The position numbers and the translations under genes were made by a program. DNA of 64,000 nt. Source: an uncultured Actinomycetes bacterium. GTDB taxonomy: Bacteria; Actinomycetota; Thermoleophilia; Gaiellales; Gaiellaceae. Below the pieces are notes generated by a model, which saw only the letters and a list, made by a program, of their open reading frames with translations, did no database searches and was not told the origin of the DNA. Where the stretch lies: contig CAVPTP010000012.1 of assembly GCA_963708685.1 (NCBI GenBank), positions 650-64,649 of the forward strand, written 5' to 3'. Below are positions 30,804 to 40,370 of this stretch, piece by piece. How positions within the stretch are numbered: position 1 is the first letter of the stretch; every line of letters starts with the position of its first letter.

Positions 30804-31121
30804 GTGCGCCTCGGCGCGATCGTCTTCATCGCCGGCCGCGGCCGCAGGTGCTCGGCGGCATCGTGCTCGTGGCCGCGCTCGCGGTCGCTGTCGTGCCATT
30901 CGTAGCCCGCCCCTTCCTCGATGCGACCGTTCACGAGCTCGACAGTGCGTCGGTCGGCGCGGTCGTCGGCTCGTTCGTCGCGGCGCTGGCCCTCTTCGCT
31001 TTGGCGGCGACGTCCTGACCGACGACCGGGCGCCCGTCGAGTGGCTGGCGGACCGCGCGATCGTCTCCTGCATCGCGCGTGGCGGCCGTCTCGAGGACGA
31101 CGCCTTGCCGACCGCGCCGTA
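30804..31121 (+). pseudogene. small hydrophobic protein, about 105 aa if two frame breaks are bridged
   Basis: Three short high-GC3 frames: VRLGAIVFIAGRG | VLGGIVLVAALAVAVVPFVARPFLDATVHELDSASVGAVVGSFVAALALFALAA | DVLTDDRAPVEWLADRAIVSCIARGGRLEDDALPTAP*. Each piece is under 60 aa, so none appears in the ORF track. Confidence 0.35.
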
Positions 31122-31153
31122 GCTGGTAGAAAGCCGCGGTGACGATGGAGCCC
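31114..31153 (+). repeat. copy 2 of the 40-nt direct repeat; contains the real start of the MBL-fold gene
   Basis: See 30744-30783. GTG 31139 / ATG 31145 open the 290-aa ORF (VTMEPIDLL...). Confidence 0.7.
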
Positions 31154-32011
31154 ATCGATCTTCTGCACCTCGGCAACGAGCGCGTCATCGGCGTGTACGT
31201 CGTCGAGACGCCCGAGGGGCCGGCGCTCTTCGACTGCGGCCCGGCGTCGACCTTCGAGCGCCTGCGCGAAGCCGTCGACCTCGACGAGATCAAGCACCTG
31301 CTCCTCTCGCACATCCACCTCGACCACGCCGGCGCCGCGGGGCACCTCCTGCGGGAGTACCCGCACATCCGCGTCCACGTTTCGGAGGTCGGCGCGCCGC
31401 ACGTGGTCGACCCGTCCCGTCTGATCGCGTCCGCGCGGCGCCTGTACGGCGACGACCTCGACACGCTCTACCGCGAGCCACTGCCCGTGCCGCAGACGAG
31501 CGTCGAGGTGATCTGGGACACGGCGGCGGGCGTCAAGGCCTTCGCGGCACCCGGCCACGCGGCCCACCACGTCTGCTACCTGATGGATGACGGCACCCTG
31601 CTCGCGGGTGACGCGGCAGGTGTGCGTATCCTCCCCGCCGACCACGTCGTTCCGGCCGCGCCTCCTCCGGAGATCGACGTCGAGGCCTGGAACGAGACGT
31701 TCGACGAGATCCTCCGCCGCCAGCCCGAGCGGCTCGCGCTCACCCACTTCGGGGTCGTGTCCGGAATGGAATCCGTCGCGGAGCACATCGGGAGCCTGCG
31801 CGCCCGTCTGGCGCTCTGGACGCAGCGCGTCGACGAGGGGATGGACCAGGACGAGTTCGTGGCAGCGGCGACCGCCGATCTCGAAGCGACCGAGGGCGAA
31901 GGCGCGGACGCGTATCTCCGCGCGGCACCGTTCTTCCAGTCGTACCTGGGACTCGAGCGCTATACGCGCAAGAAGGGAGAACGGGATGCCGAAGCTGCCG
32001 CTTCCGCCTGA
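31139..32011 (+). CDS. MBL-fold metallo-hydrolase
   Basis: LLSHIHLDHAGAAGHL (HxHxDH), APGHAAHH, LLAGDAAG. Confidence 0.85.
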   Translation: MTMEPIDLLHLGNERVIGVYVVETPEGPALFDCGPASTFERLREAVDLDEIKHLLLSHIHLDHAGAAGHLLREYPHIRVHVSEVGAPHVVDPSRLIASARRLYGDDLDTLYREPLPVPQTSVEVIWDTAAGVKAFAAPGHAAHHVCYLMDDGTLLAGDAAGVRILPADHVVPAAPPPEIDVEAWNETFDEILRRQPERLALTHFGVVSGMESVAEHIGSLRARLALWTQRVDEGMDQDEFVAAATADLEATEGEGADAYLRAAPFFQSYLGLERYTRKKGERDAEAAASA

Positions 32012-32402
32012 GGTCGACCGGCTGCTGCGCAAGGCCAATCCGGCAGTCATCGCCACGCTGCGGCAGGACGGCTCGCCCCACACGGCGGTCACCTGGTACG
32101 ACTGGGACGGCGAGCGCATGCTCGTCAACATGGACTCGACGCGCATCCGCCTGAAGCACATGCGGCGCGATCCGCGAGTGTCGGTGACGGTGATGGACGG
32201 CGCCGCGTGGTACCGGCAGGTGACGCTGTTCGGCCGGGTAGCCGAGATCCGCGACGACCCGGAGTTCAAGGACATCGACCGGCTCTCGCTGCGCTACACG
32301 CGGAGGCAGTTCAACAGTCGCCTGCGAACGCGAATCAGCGCGCTGATCGAGCCGGATCGCTGGTACGGCTGGGAAGGCTCGACGCTCTGGCCGCCTCGCT
32401 GA
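31986..32402 (+). CDS. PPOX-class (pyridoxamine 5'-phosphate oxidase-like) probable F420-dependent enzyme
   Basis: ANPAVIATLRQDGSPHTAVTWYDWDGERMLVNMDSTRIRLKHMRRDPRVSVTVMD...VTLFGRV. Overlaps the MBL gene by 26 nt. Confidence 0.78.
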   Translation: MPKLPLPPEVDRLLRKANPAVIATLRQDGSPHTAVTWYDWDGERMLVNMDSTRIRLKHMRRDPRVSVTVMDGAAWYRQVTLFGRVAEIRDDPEFKDIDRLSLRYTRRQFNSRLRTRISALIEPDRWYGWEGSTLWPPR

Positions 32403-32422
32403 GCTGAAGCCGGCGCGAGAAC

Positions 32423-33179
32423 GTGATCGAGGCGCGCTATGACCGGATCGGCGTCGGCTACTCGCTGACGCGGCAGGAGGATCCGCGCATCGCGGCGGCC
32501 GTCCATCGCGCGCTCGGGGACGCGCGGACCGTCGTCAACGTCGGAGCCGGCTCGGGGTCGTACGAGCCCCGCGATCGGCATGTGGTCGCGATCGAGCCGA
32601 GCGACGTGATGGCCGCGCAGCGGGCGCAGGAGCTCGCTCCGGCGATCCGTGCGACCGCCGGCGACCTGCCGCTGCGGGACGCGAGCGTGGATGCGGCGAT
32701 GGCGATCCTGACCGTCCACCACTGGGACCACGAACGGGAGCGCGGCGTCCGCGAGCTTCGGCGCGTCGCCCGCGACACGGTCGTCATCCTCACCTACGAC
32801 CCGGGCGTCAGCGGCGAGATGTGGCTCACGGCGGACTATCTCCCCGAGGTCGCCGAGCTCGACCGGCGGATCCTCCCCGGCCTCGACACGCTTGCCGGTT
32901 GGCTCGGTGGAACAGTGAACGTCGAGGTCGTGCCGATCCCGCGCGGACACCCCCGACTGGACGCTCGGCTCGTTCTGGGCGCATCCGGAGCGCGTCCTCG
33001 ACGAGCAGGCACGGAAGGCGACGTCGGGATTCGCGCGAATGGACCCGGACGTCGTGGAACGCGTCGTCGCGGCGGTTCGCCGAGACCTCGAGAGCGGCGC
33101 GTGGGACGAGCGGCACGGCCACCTCCGCGCCCTCGAGTCCTTCGACGTCGGGCTTCGGCTCGTCGCCGCCCGCTACTGA
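32423..33179 (+). pseudogene. class I SAM-dependent methyltransferase; frame break near 32945
   Basis: TVVNVGAGSGSYEP (motif I), DASVDAAMAILTVHHW | DTPDWTLGSFWAHPERVLDE...LVAARY*. Confidence 0.78.
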
Positions 33180-34849
33180 GTGAGCTGCCGCTCCGAATCG
33201 AGGAGGTACTGGCGCGCGAACGCGATCGCCATGCTGCCCTCGCCGACGGCTGCCGCGACGCGCTTGACCGGGCTGGAGCGGACGTCGCCGGCCGCGAAGA
33301 TCCCGGGGACGCTCGTCTCGAGCAGGTACGGGTCGCGCTCGTGCTCCCAGCGTCCGACCTTGCGGACGTCCGGGCCGGTGAGGACGTAGCCGTGGTGATC
33401 GAGCGCGATCTCGGGCGGCAACCACTCCGTTGCGGCGTCGGCGCCGATGAACAGGAACAGCCCGCCCGACTCCAGCCGCGTCGTCTCCGCCGTCGCGCCG
33501 TTGCGAACGTCGATCGCCTCGAGCGAGACGTCACCGTGAGCGCAGACCACCTCCGTCTTCGGGAGCCAGTGGATGTTCGGGCGCGTCGAGAGCTGGTCGA
33601 AGAGGTAGCGCGACATGCTCTTCTCGAGGGACTCGCCGCGGCAGAGGATCGTCACGCTCTTCGCGTGATTCGAGAAGAAGAGCGCGGCCTGCCCCGCCGA
33701 GTTGCCCGCGCCCACGATGTGGACGTCGAGACCGTGCGTGTTCGGCGCCTCGCTGCGCGCCGCGCCGTACGCGATGCCCTTCCCGACGAGCCGGTCGAAC
33801 CCCTCGATCGAAAGGTGCCGCCAGGCGACGCCGCAGGCGAGGACGATCGTCCGCGCCCGGAGGAGATCGCCGCCGTCGAGGTGCACGTCGCAGCTCGTCG
33901 CGTCGATGCGCGTGATCGACCGGGTCACGAGGATCTCGGCGCCGAGCCTTCGCGCCTGCTGCAACGCACGACTCGCGAGCTCGTCGCCCGACACGCCGGC
34001 CGGAAAGCCGAGGTAGTTCTCGATCCGCGACGACGTGCCGGCCTGGCCGCCGGGGGCCTGCCGCTCGATCACGATCGTCCGCCGTCCTTCGGAAGCGGAG
34101 TGCACTGCCGCCGCAAGGCCCGCAGGACCGGCGCCGACGATCACGGCGTCGTACTCGGCGCCGCTCGCCTCGGTCGCCAGGCCGAGCAGCTCGGCCACCC
34201 GGCGGTGCTGTGGCCGCACGACGGTCTTGCCGCCGATGACGCGGATCGCCGGACAATCTCCGTCGCCGGGTAGCGGTCCACCCCACTCCTCCTGCGCATC
34301 CGGCGCGTCCGGCAGCGCCCACCGGAACGTGATCTGGTTGCGGTCGAGGAACCGCCGCAGCTCCATGCACGCGGGATCCCACCGATGGCCGACGACGACA
34401 GCCCGAGGCGGCGGCGGCTCGGACGCGAGCCCCTGGAGGCCGCGGAGCCCGCCCATCCGGTGGCTCGCCATCCGGCCGATCTCCTTCCCGAGGTCCGGCT
34501 TCAGGGCCGCGACGGCGTGGTAGTCCTTGGGCTCGATGCGCATGACGCGTGTGGCCTCCGCGGCGGCGCGAAAACCAACCGGGAACACCGTCCCGAGGGC
34601 GATCGGAACTTCGCCGAAGATCTCTCCCGGATGACGTTCGCCGACGACGCGCTCGATCCCGTCGACCAGCTTGACGGCCTCGATCCGGCCCTCGAGCAGG
34701 ACGAAGAGCGCGCGCTCGCTGCCCTCCGGCGCCGCATACTCGCCGGGTGCGAGCCTGATGTCGGCCGCCGCCCGCGCCAGCTGCTCGCGCTCCACCGGCC
34801 CGAGAGCCGCGAAGACCTCGACCCCGTCGATCTCGTCCGCAGTGACCAC
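33173..34849 (-). CDS. cNMP-binding domain / glutaredoxin-like domain / thioredoxin-reductase-like flavoprotein fusion (no CxxC)
   Basis: N-terminus: [13 protein letters not shown]...[11 protein letters not shown]...RA (cNMP fold). Middle: [26 protein letters not shown]-terminus: [39 protein letters not shown]. The TrxR CAxC position reads GAARSEA. Confidence 0.85.
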   Translation of the reverse strand: MVTADEIDGVEVFAALGPVEREQLARAAADIRLAPGEYAAPEGSERALFVLLEGRIEAVKLVDGIERVVGERHPGEIFGEVPIALGTVFPVGFRAAAEATRVMRIEPKDYHAVAALKPDLGKEIGRMASHRMGGLRGLQGLASEPPPPRAVVVGHRWDPACMELRRFLDRNQITFRWALPDAPDAQEEWGGPLPGDGDCPAIRVIGGKTVVRPQHRRVAELLGLATEASGAEYDAVIVGAGPAGLAAAVHSASEGRRTIVIERQAPGGQAGTSSRIENYLGFPAGVSGDELASRALQQARRLGAEILVTRSITRIDATSCDVHLDGGDLLRARTIVLACGVAWRHLSIEGFDRLVGKGIAYGAARSEAPNTHGLDVHIVGAGNSAGQAALFFSNHAKSVTILCRGESLEKSMSRYLFDQLSTRPNIHWLPKTEVVCAHGDVSLEAIDVRNGATAETTRLESGGLFLFIGADAATEWLPPEIALDHHGYVLTGPDVRKVGRWEHERDPYLLETSVPGIFAAGDVRSSPVKRVAAAVGEGSMAIAFARQYLLDSERQLTQ

Positions 34850-34853
34850 GACG

Positions 34854-35402
34854 CTAGGCGGGCAGCCAGCCGTCCCGATACCGGGCGGGACGGCGGCGCT
34901 CGAACCGCGCGTATGCCTCGTCCGGGACGGTCGTGTCCTCGGCGACGCTGACTCCGTGCCGGCGCGCCGTCTCGTCCACGGTGTAACCGCCCCAGTCCGG
35001 ATTGTCCACGGAGCGGTCGCGCGCGCCGACGGCGATCACGACGGACCGGCCGTCGCCCGCGCCGACGATCGTGTGCTTCGTTCCGGCGGGGCAGTGCACG
35101 AAGTCCCAGGCGCCGAGCGGGCGTTCCTCGCCTTCGACGATCAGCAGCGCCTCGCCGGAGACGACGAGGAAATCCTCCTGGTCGGCCTCCCAGTGGTACA
35201 TCGCCATCGCCTCGCCCGGTTGCAGGACGCTGACGTTGATTCCGAGCTGCGGGAAGTCGACATCGCCCTCGAAGTGGCAGATCGCCGTGCGCCCCTCCGC
35301 GTGGCGCCATTGCGCCTCGCGCGCGTTTAGGACGAACCAGCCGTCCCCTTTCGGGGCTAGTCCGTTTTCGGTGGGCTCGAGCGGAGCTTCGGGAACCATC
35401 AA
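34854..35402 (-). CDS. cupin domain protein
   Basis: [57 protein letters not shown]. Confidence 0.8.
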   Translation of the reverse strand: MMVPEAPLEPTENGLAPKGDGWFVLNAREAQWRHAEGRTAICHFEGDVDFPQLGINVSVLQPGEAMAMYHWEADQEDFLVVSGEALLIVEGEERPLGAWDFVHCPAGTKHTIVGAGDGRSVVIAVGARDRSVDNPDWGGYTVDETARRHGVSVAEDTTVPDEAYARFERRRPARYRDGWLPA

Positions 35403-35436
35403 CGGGAGTCTGCCAGCGGCGCCGCGAACAGGCTAT

Positions 35437-36471
35437 TCAGGCATTCGCCCGCTCGACGGCGAGCTCGTACGCCTTCACGTAGTCGCGCACCATCCGCAGC
35501 GGCGAGAACCGATCCTCGACGAAGCGGCGAAGCTCGCGCGAATCGAGCCGGTCCGCCTCTTCGAGCGCCGAGCCCATGATCCGGTAGTCCTCGACGATGA
35601 TTCCCGACCGGCCGTGCTCCACCACCTCGCCGACCGCGCCGCGGTTCGTCGCGATCACCGGCGTTCCACACGCCATCGACTCGATCATCACGAGGCCGAA
35701 CGGCTCCTCCCACTCGATCGGGAAGAGCGTCGCGCGAGCGTGCTGGAGCAACTCGACCTTCTCGCCGTGCGAGACCTCGCCGAGCCACTCGATTCCGTCG
35801 CCGAGGTGCGGCTCGACGAACTGCTCCCAGTACTCCCGCTCCTTCGGCTCGCGCATCTTCCCGGCGATCTTCAGCGGGAGGCCGGCCTCCATCGCGACGG
35901 CGACCGCCCGGTGCGCGCCCTTGTCCGGGCTCATTCGCCCCAGGAAGAGCAGGTAGTCGCCGCGCTGCGGACGGAACGGGTAGACGGAGAGATCGAGCGC
36001 GTTCGGGCAGTTCGCAATCCAGTTGAAACCGGGGCGCGGCCGGCGCTGGTTCATCGACAGCGAGATGAGGCCCGTCTCCGGCGCGACGCGGGCGACCTGG
36101 TCGTAGAGCTCACCGGGCTCGCCGACGAGCGGGCCGTGAACGGTGTGCACGACGGGCGTATCGATAGCGGCGCCGAGGGCTGCCGCGAACGGCCCCGAAT
36201 GGTCGTTGACGACGTCGAAGTCGCCGGCGCGCTCGTAGCAGTGGAGGACGTGGCGAAGCTCCCAGAACGAGCGGCCGATCCACTCGCTCGGCGCGACCGG
36301 ATGGATCGCCGCGAGGTTGGCGATGGTGTGCGAGTCGCCCGACGCGAAGAGCGTCACCTCGTGCCCGCTGTCGACGAGCCCGTCGGCGAGCAGCGAGACG
36401 ACCCACTCGATCCCGCCGTAGCCGGTCGGCGGCACGGGGAACCAGCACGGTGCGATGACGGCGATCTTCAT
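35437..36471 (-). CDS. glycosyltransferase family 4
   Basis: MKIAVIAPCWFPVPPTGYGGIEWVV, and EEPFGLVMIESMACGTPVIATNRGAVGEVV (E-x7-E region). ATGA overlap with the upstream GDE-like gene. Confidence 0.88.
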   Translation of the reverse strand: MKIAVIAPCWFPVPPTGYGGIEWVVSLLADGLVDSGHEVTLFASGDSHTIANLAAIHPVAPSEWIGRSFWELRHVLHCYERAGDFDVVNDHSGPFAAALGAAIDTPVVHTVHGPLVGEPGELYDQVARVAPETGLISLSMNQRRPRPGFNWIANCPNALDLSVYPFRPQRGDYLLFLGRMSPDKGAHRAVAVAMEAGLPLKIAGKMREPKEREYWEQFVEPHLGDGIEWLGEVSHGEKVELLQHARATLFPIEWEEPFGLVMIESMACGTPVIATNRGAVGEVVEHGRSGIIVEDYRIMGSALEEADRLDSRELRRFVEDRFSPLRMVRDYVKAYELAVERANA

Positions 36472-38531
36472 ACGGCCTCGACCTGCACTATGCCGTCTCT
36501 GACGCGCACGTCCCACGTCGAGTCGAAGGCGCGCACGCCCGAGAGCCGGAGCGATCCGACCCAGTGCGGCAGCTCGGGCGGGGCCACCGACTCGAGCCGG
36601 TGCCGCTGCCGGTTCGGCCTGAGGCCCAGAAGCAGCTGAAGCAGCAGCACGGGCGTTCCCGCCGCCCACGCCTGCGGCCGTGCCGCGGTCGGATACGCAA
36701 TCGGAAACGGCGTCTCCGAGCGGCGCAGCCCCGCGAAGACCTCCGGCAGCTGGTGGTCGAAGTGCCGCGACGCGACGAGCATGCGCTGGACGATCCGTTG
36801 CAGCTCGGGCCAGCGGTCGTGCTGCGCGAGGCCCCACGCGATGAGCGAGTTGTCGTGAGGCCAGACCGTTCCGTTGTGGTACGAGAGCGGGCTGTACGCC
36901 GGCTCGTTCTCGGACATCGTGCGGACACCCCAGCCGGACCACAGCCCCTCGCCCATGAGCTGGTCGACGATCGCCTCGACGCGCTCGGGAGGGACGATCT
37001 GCGACCAGAGCAGGTGCCCGATGTTCGAGCAGATCGAGTCGACCTGGTTCTTGTCGCCGTCGAGCGCGAGCGCGTAGAACCCGCCGCGGTCGTCGCACCA
37101 GAACGCCTCGTCGAACCGCCGCTTGAGCGCCTCCGCCTCGCGTTCGAGCCGCTCAGCAAGAGGGCGGTCGCGCCAGACCTCGCGAGCGATCTCGGCCAGC
37201 CGGCGCTTTGCGTCGTAGACGTAGCCCTGCGCCTCGGCGGGCGCGATCGGCGGCTCCGCGATCCGGCCGTCGTGGAACCGCTGTGAGTCCCAGGAGTCCT
37301 TCCACGACTGCACGTCGAGCCCGCGCTCGGACCGCTTTCGGGCCTCGATGAAGCCGTCGCCGTCGAGGTCGCCGTAGCGGTCGATCCATTCGAGCGCACG
37401 CAGCGCCGGCTCCTTGAACTCCTGCGCCAGCGAGGTATCGTCGGTCCAGCGCCAGAGCTCCGAGAAGAGCACGAGGTACAGAGGCGTGGCATCGATCGTC
37501 CCGTAGTAGCGGTGGAACCAGCGTTCAGCCGCTTTGCCGTACCGAACCTCGTGGACGATCTTCCCCGGCTCGGCGTCGGCCGACGGGTCATCCTCGCGCG
37601 CCTGGAGCGAAGCGAGCGCCGCGAGCGCGTTCCGCGCGAGTTCCGGCCCGAAGAGCAGCGTCTGCAGGCAGGCGATGATCGTGTCGCGGCCGAACACCGC
37701 CATGAACCACGGCATCCCGGCGGCCGGCAGCATGCCGAGCCGCGCGTCCTTGGACCCGCGCATCCGGAGCGCGGCGAGATCGCTGACCGACTGGTTGAAC
37801 GAATGCTCGAGCTCGTCCCACTCGGCGCGAAGCTGCGGCACGCGGAGTTGCCAGGCTGCGAGCGAGTCGCGGACGCGGCCGCGTTCTTCGCCGAAACGGC
37901 GCTCGACACTCGTCGGGACGACCGCGTCGCCGTCCGTGCCGACCACGACGTCGACGCGTACGTCCCACCGCTCGTTGGGCTCGAGCCGCACGGGAAAGGT
38001 GATGCCGGAGTCGTTCGGGTTTCCCTGCCGCGAGAGGAGGATCTGCGTGCAAACCGCCTCCTCGCGATCCTCGAGGACGAACTGGTTGTGCTCCGCCTCG
38101 AAGCGCGCGGGAACGGGATCGGGAAGCGGATGCGCGCGCAGCGGGTCGCCGAGCGCGAAGTCGTGATCTTTGACGCTGAAGATGTCCGCGAAGTCGGAGG
38201 CGAACTCGAGCCCGACCTCGAGCTCGACGGGCTCCATCGACGCGTTCTCGAGGATCACCACGTCCTGCATGCCCTGACCCACGAACCGCTCGCGCGTCAC
38301 CAGCACCTGGTCTCGCCGCAGTCCGCCGGCGAGCGGGTTGCGCAGGAAGAAAGCGGCCGAGAAGTACTCGACCTTGCCCGACGAGAGCGGCAGCGGCGTG
38401 GCTCCGTTGAGCGTCAGCTTGAGCCGCGAGAGAAAACGCGTGTCCTCGGCGAACAGACCGCTCGTCTTGTCGCCGACGTCGCCGATGTCGTCGCAGATGC
38501 AGAAGGTCGATCCTTCGAGGATCGTGAACAT
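36468..38531 (-). CDS. amylo-alpha-1,6-glucosidase family protein (glycogen-debranching N-terminal domain + GDE_C six-hairpin domain)
   Basis: Intact 687-aa ORF. PWFMAVFGRDT, GKIVHE, DATPLYL, QGYVYDA, WSGWGVRT, YHNGTVWPHDN. Confidence 0.88.
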   Translation of the reverse strand: MFTILEGSTFCICDDIGDVGDKTSGLFAEDTRFLSRLKLTLNGATPLPLSSGKVEYFSAAFFLRNPLAGGLRRDQVLVTRERFVGQGMQDVVILENASMEPVELEVGLEFASDFADIFSVKDHDFALGDPLRAHPLPDPVPARFEAEHNQFVLEDREEAVCTQILLSRQGNPNDSGITFPVRLEPNERWDVRVDVVVGTDGDAVVPTSVERRFGEERGRVRDSLAAWQLRVPQLRAEWDELEHSFNQSVSDLAALRMRGSKDARLGMLPAAGMPWFMAVFGRDTIIACLQTLLFGPELARNALAALASLQAREDDPSADAEPGKIVHEVRYGKAAERWFHRYYGTIDATPLYLVLFSELWRWTDDTSLAQEFKEPALRALEWIDRYGDLDGDGFIEARKRSERGLDVQSWKDSWDSQRFHDGRIAEPPIAPAEAQGYVYDAKRRLAEIAREVWRDRPLAERLEREAEALKRRFDEAFWCDDRGGFYALALDGDKNQVDSICSNIGHLLWSQIVPPERVEAIVDQLMGEGLWSGWGVRTMSENEPAYSPLSYHNGTVWPHDNSLIAWGLAQHDRWPELQRIVQRMLVASRHFDHQLPEVFAGLRRSETPFPIAYPTAARPQAWAAGTPVLLLQLLLGLRPNRQRHRLESVAPPELPHWVGSLRLSGVRAFDSTWDVRVRDGIVQVEAV

Positions 38532-38532
38532 C

Positions 38533-38696
38533 AGTGCCTCTTCCCGTGACGTCGCCGCGGTTCTGGCGCGCGAAAAGCAAGCGAGGCGAGGACGCAGGGA
38601 GCCTCGATAGTGGCAGGTATCGGGGCGACCGAGGACGCAGCATTGCGCCGCTTTGCAGCCACCGGAAACCTGGATGACGTCGCGGGGAGAGGCACT
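38533..38696 (-). promoter_or_regulatory. structured leader or MITE-like element closed by a 21-nt imperfect inverted repeat
   Basis: Arms are 38533-38553 (agtgcctcttcccgtgacgtc) and 38676-38696 (gacgtcgcggggagaggcact), with 19 of 21 positions complementary. The start-proximal arm contains the only purine-rich SD candidate (GGGAAGAGG) and ends 2 nt before the ATG. An internal 11-nt direct repeat cgaggacgcag occurs twice. Confidence 0.5.
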
Positions 38697-39456
38697 AATC
38701 TCGGATGATGCGAGCGCCCGAGGACTGCGCGAGCGCGGTGACGACCACCTCGTCGACGTTGACGTGCGACGGCCGCGTGACCGCGAACAGGATGCAATCC
38801 GCGACGTCGTCGGCGTGGATCGGCCCCCCGAGCGCGACGTTTTCGTAGACGGCGCGCGCCTTCTCTTCGTCGCCGCGGAAGCGCGTCACCGAGAAGCCCT
38901 CGGTCTCGACGAGGCCTCCCGCGACCGTCGTGATGCGGATCGGCTTGCCGAGCAGGTCCTCGCGCAGGGCCTGCGCGAACATGTGCACCGCCGCCTTCGA
39001 GACGCAATAGAGCGCGCCGCCCGGGTAGGCCGCGATGGCAGCGATGCTGCCGAGGTTCACGATGTGGCCGCCGCCGTCCTCGAGGTGCGGGAGGCAGAGG
39101 CGCGTCATGCGGATCAGCCCGTTCACGTTCGTCTCGAGAACCGTCCGCTCGTCCTCCTCGGTCGACTGCTCGAACGGATCGCGGCCGAGTGCGAGACCCG
39201 CGTTGTTGACGAGGATGTCCAGCCCACCGAGCTCGCCGACCGCGCGTTCCACGAAAGCCTGGCAGCTCGGCGAATCGATGACGTCGAGCTCGAGCGCGAC
39301 GTCGGCGTCGATCGCATCCACCCGACGCGCTCCGCCGGCGACGCGCGCACCCGCCTCGCGGAGCTGACGTACAGTCGCGGCGCCGATCCCGCTCGACGCG
39401 CCGGTGACGATCGCGGTCTTCCCGCTGAGGCTTGTCGAAGGCAAGGCGCCGGACAC
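38695..39456 (-). CDS. short-chain dehydrogenase/reductase (SDR)
   Basis: KTAIVTGASSGIGAA, NNAG, YCVSKAA (YxxxK). The GTG shares 1 nt with the CDF stop. Confidence 0.85.
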   Translation of the reverse strand: MSGALPSTSLSGKTAIVTGASSGIGAATVRQLREAGARVAGGARRVDAIDADVALELDVIDSPSCQAFVERAVGELGGLDILVNNAGLALGRDPFEQSTEEDERTVLETNVNGLIRMTRLCLPHLEDGGGHIVNLGSIAAIAAYPGGALYCVSKAAVHMFAQALREDLLGKPIRITTVAGGLVETEGFSVTRFRGDEEKARAVYENVALGGPIHADDVADCILFAVTRPSHVNVDEVVVTALAQSSGARIIRD

Positions 39457-40370
39457 TACCGGCCGATGGTCAGCAGACGCGGTTGGCCGTGCTCGACCTG
39501 GAGCGTCGTGTGCTCGAGCCCGAAGCGCTCGCGCAGCATCTCCTCGAGCGTGCGGCGAATCGCGTGACAGTCGGAATCGGGCGCGACGAGCACGTGGGCG
39601 GCGAGCGCGGGAAATCCGCTCGTCACCGTCCAGACGTGGAGGTCGTGGACCTCGACGACCTGTGGCTCCGCCACGAGCGCGCGGCCGACGACCTCGGGAT
39701 CGATGCCGACCGGCGAGCGTTCCAGGAAGATCGACGCCGATTCGTGCAGCAGGCCCCAAGCGGCCCACAGCATCAGCGCCGCAACGCCGAGGCTCGCGAT
39801 CGCGTCGAAGCGATCCCAGCCCGTGACGAGGATCAGAGCACCGGCGACCGCGGTTCCGGCGAACGCGACGGTGTCGGTCGCGACGTGCATGAAGGCGCCG
39901 CGGACGTTGAGGCTCTCGCGGGACGCGCGCGCGAGCACGGCGGTCGCGGCGAGGTTCACCACGACGCCGACGAGGGCGATCGAGAGCACGATCCCGCCGC
40001 GGACCTCCGTCGGCGAGACGAGCCTGTGCACGGCGCCGTAGACGATCAGCAGCGCGACGACGAGCAGCGTGACGCCGTTCGCCTGTGCGGCCAGGATCTC
40101 GAGCCGCTTGTAGCCGAACGTCCAGCGTCCCTGCGCGGGGCGTCTCGCCAGCGTCGCGGCGAAGAGCGCGAAGGCGAGAGCGCCCGCGTCGGTGAGCATG
40201 TGGCCGGCGTCGGCGAGCAGCGCGAGCGATCCGGCGACGAGCGCCGCGACGACCTCGGCGACCAGGAACGCGAGGATGAGCGCCAGAGCGATCGCGAGCG
40301 CGCGGCGATCGTCCGTCTGCCCGTGCGCATGGCCGTGAGAGTGACCGTGATCGTCGACGTGCTCGTGCAT
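39456..40370 (-). CDS. cation diffusion facilitator (CzcD/ZitB-like) with His-rich N-terminus
   Basis: MHEHVDDHGHSHGHAHG, LLADAGHMLTDAGA, RGAFMHVATD, VHDLHVW. The ATG shares 1 nt with the M48 stop. Confidence 0.88.
   Translation of the reverse strand: MHEHVDDHGHSHGHAHGQTDDRRALAIALALILAFLVAEVVAALVAGSLALLADAGHMLTDAGALAFALFAATLARRPAQGRWTFGYKRLEILAAQANGVTLLVVALLIVYGAVHRLVSPTEVRGGIVLSIALVGVVVNLAATAVLARASRESLNVRGAFMHVATDTVAFAGTAVAGALILVTGWDRFDAIASLGVAALMLWAAWGLLHESASIFLERSPVGIDPEVVGRALVAEPQVVEVHDLHVWTVTSGFPALAAHVLVAPDSDCHAIRRTLEEMLRERFGLEHTTLQVEHGQPRLLTIGR

Noticed and set aside
38533-38696. Calling the inverted-repeat-bounded element a bona fide MITE or mobile element.
   Set aside because: There is only one copy in 64 kb, I could define no target-site duplication, and the proximal arm overlaps the likely ribosome-binding site. 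It is kept as an open alternative in the finding rather than annotated as mobile.
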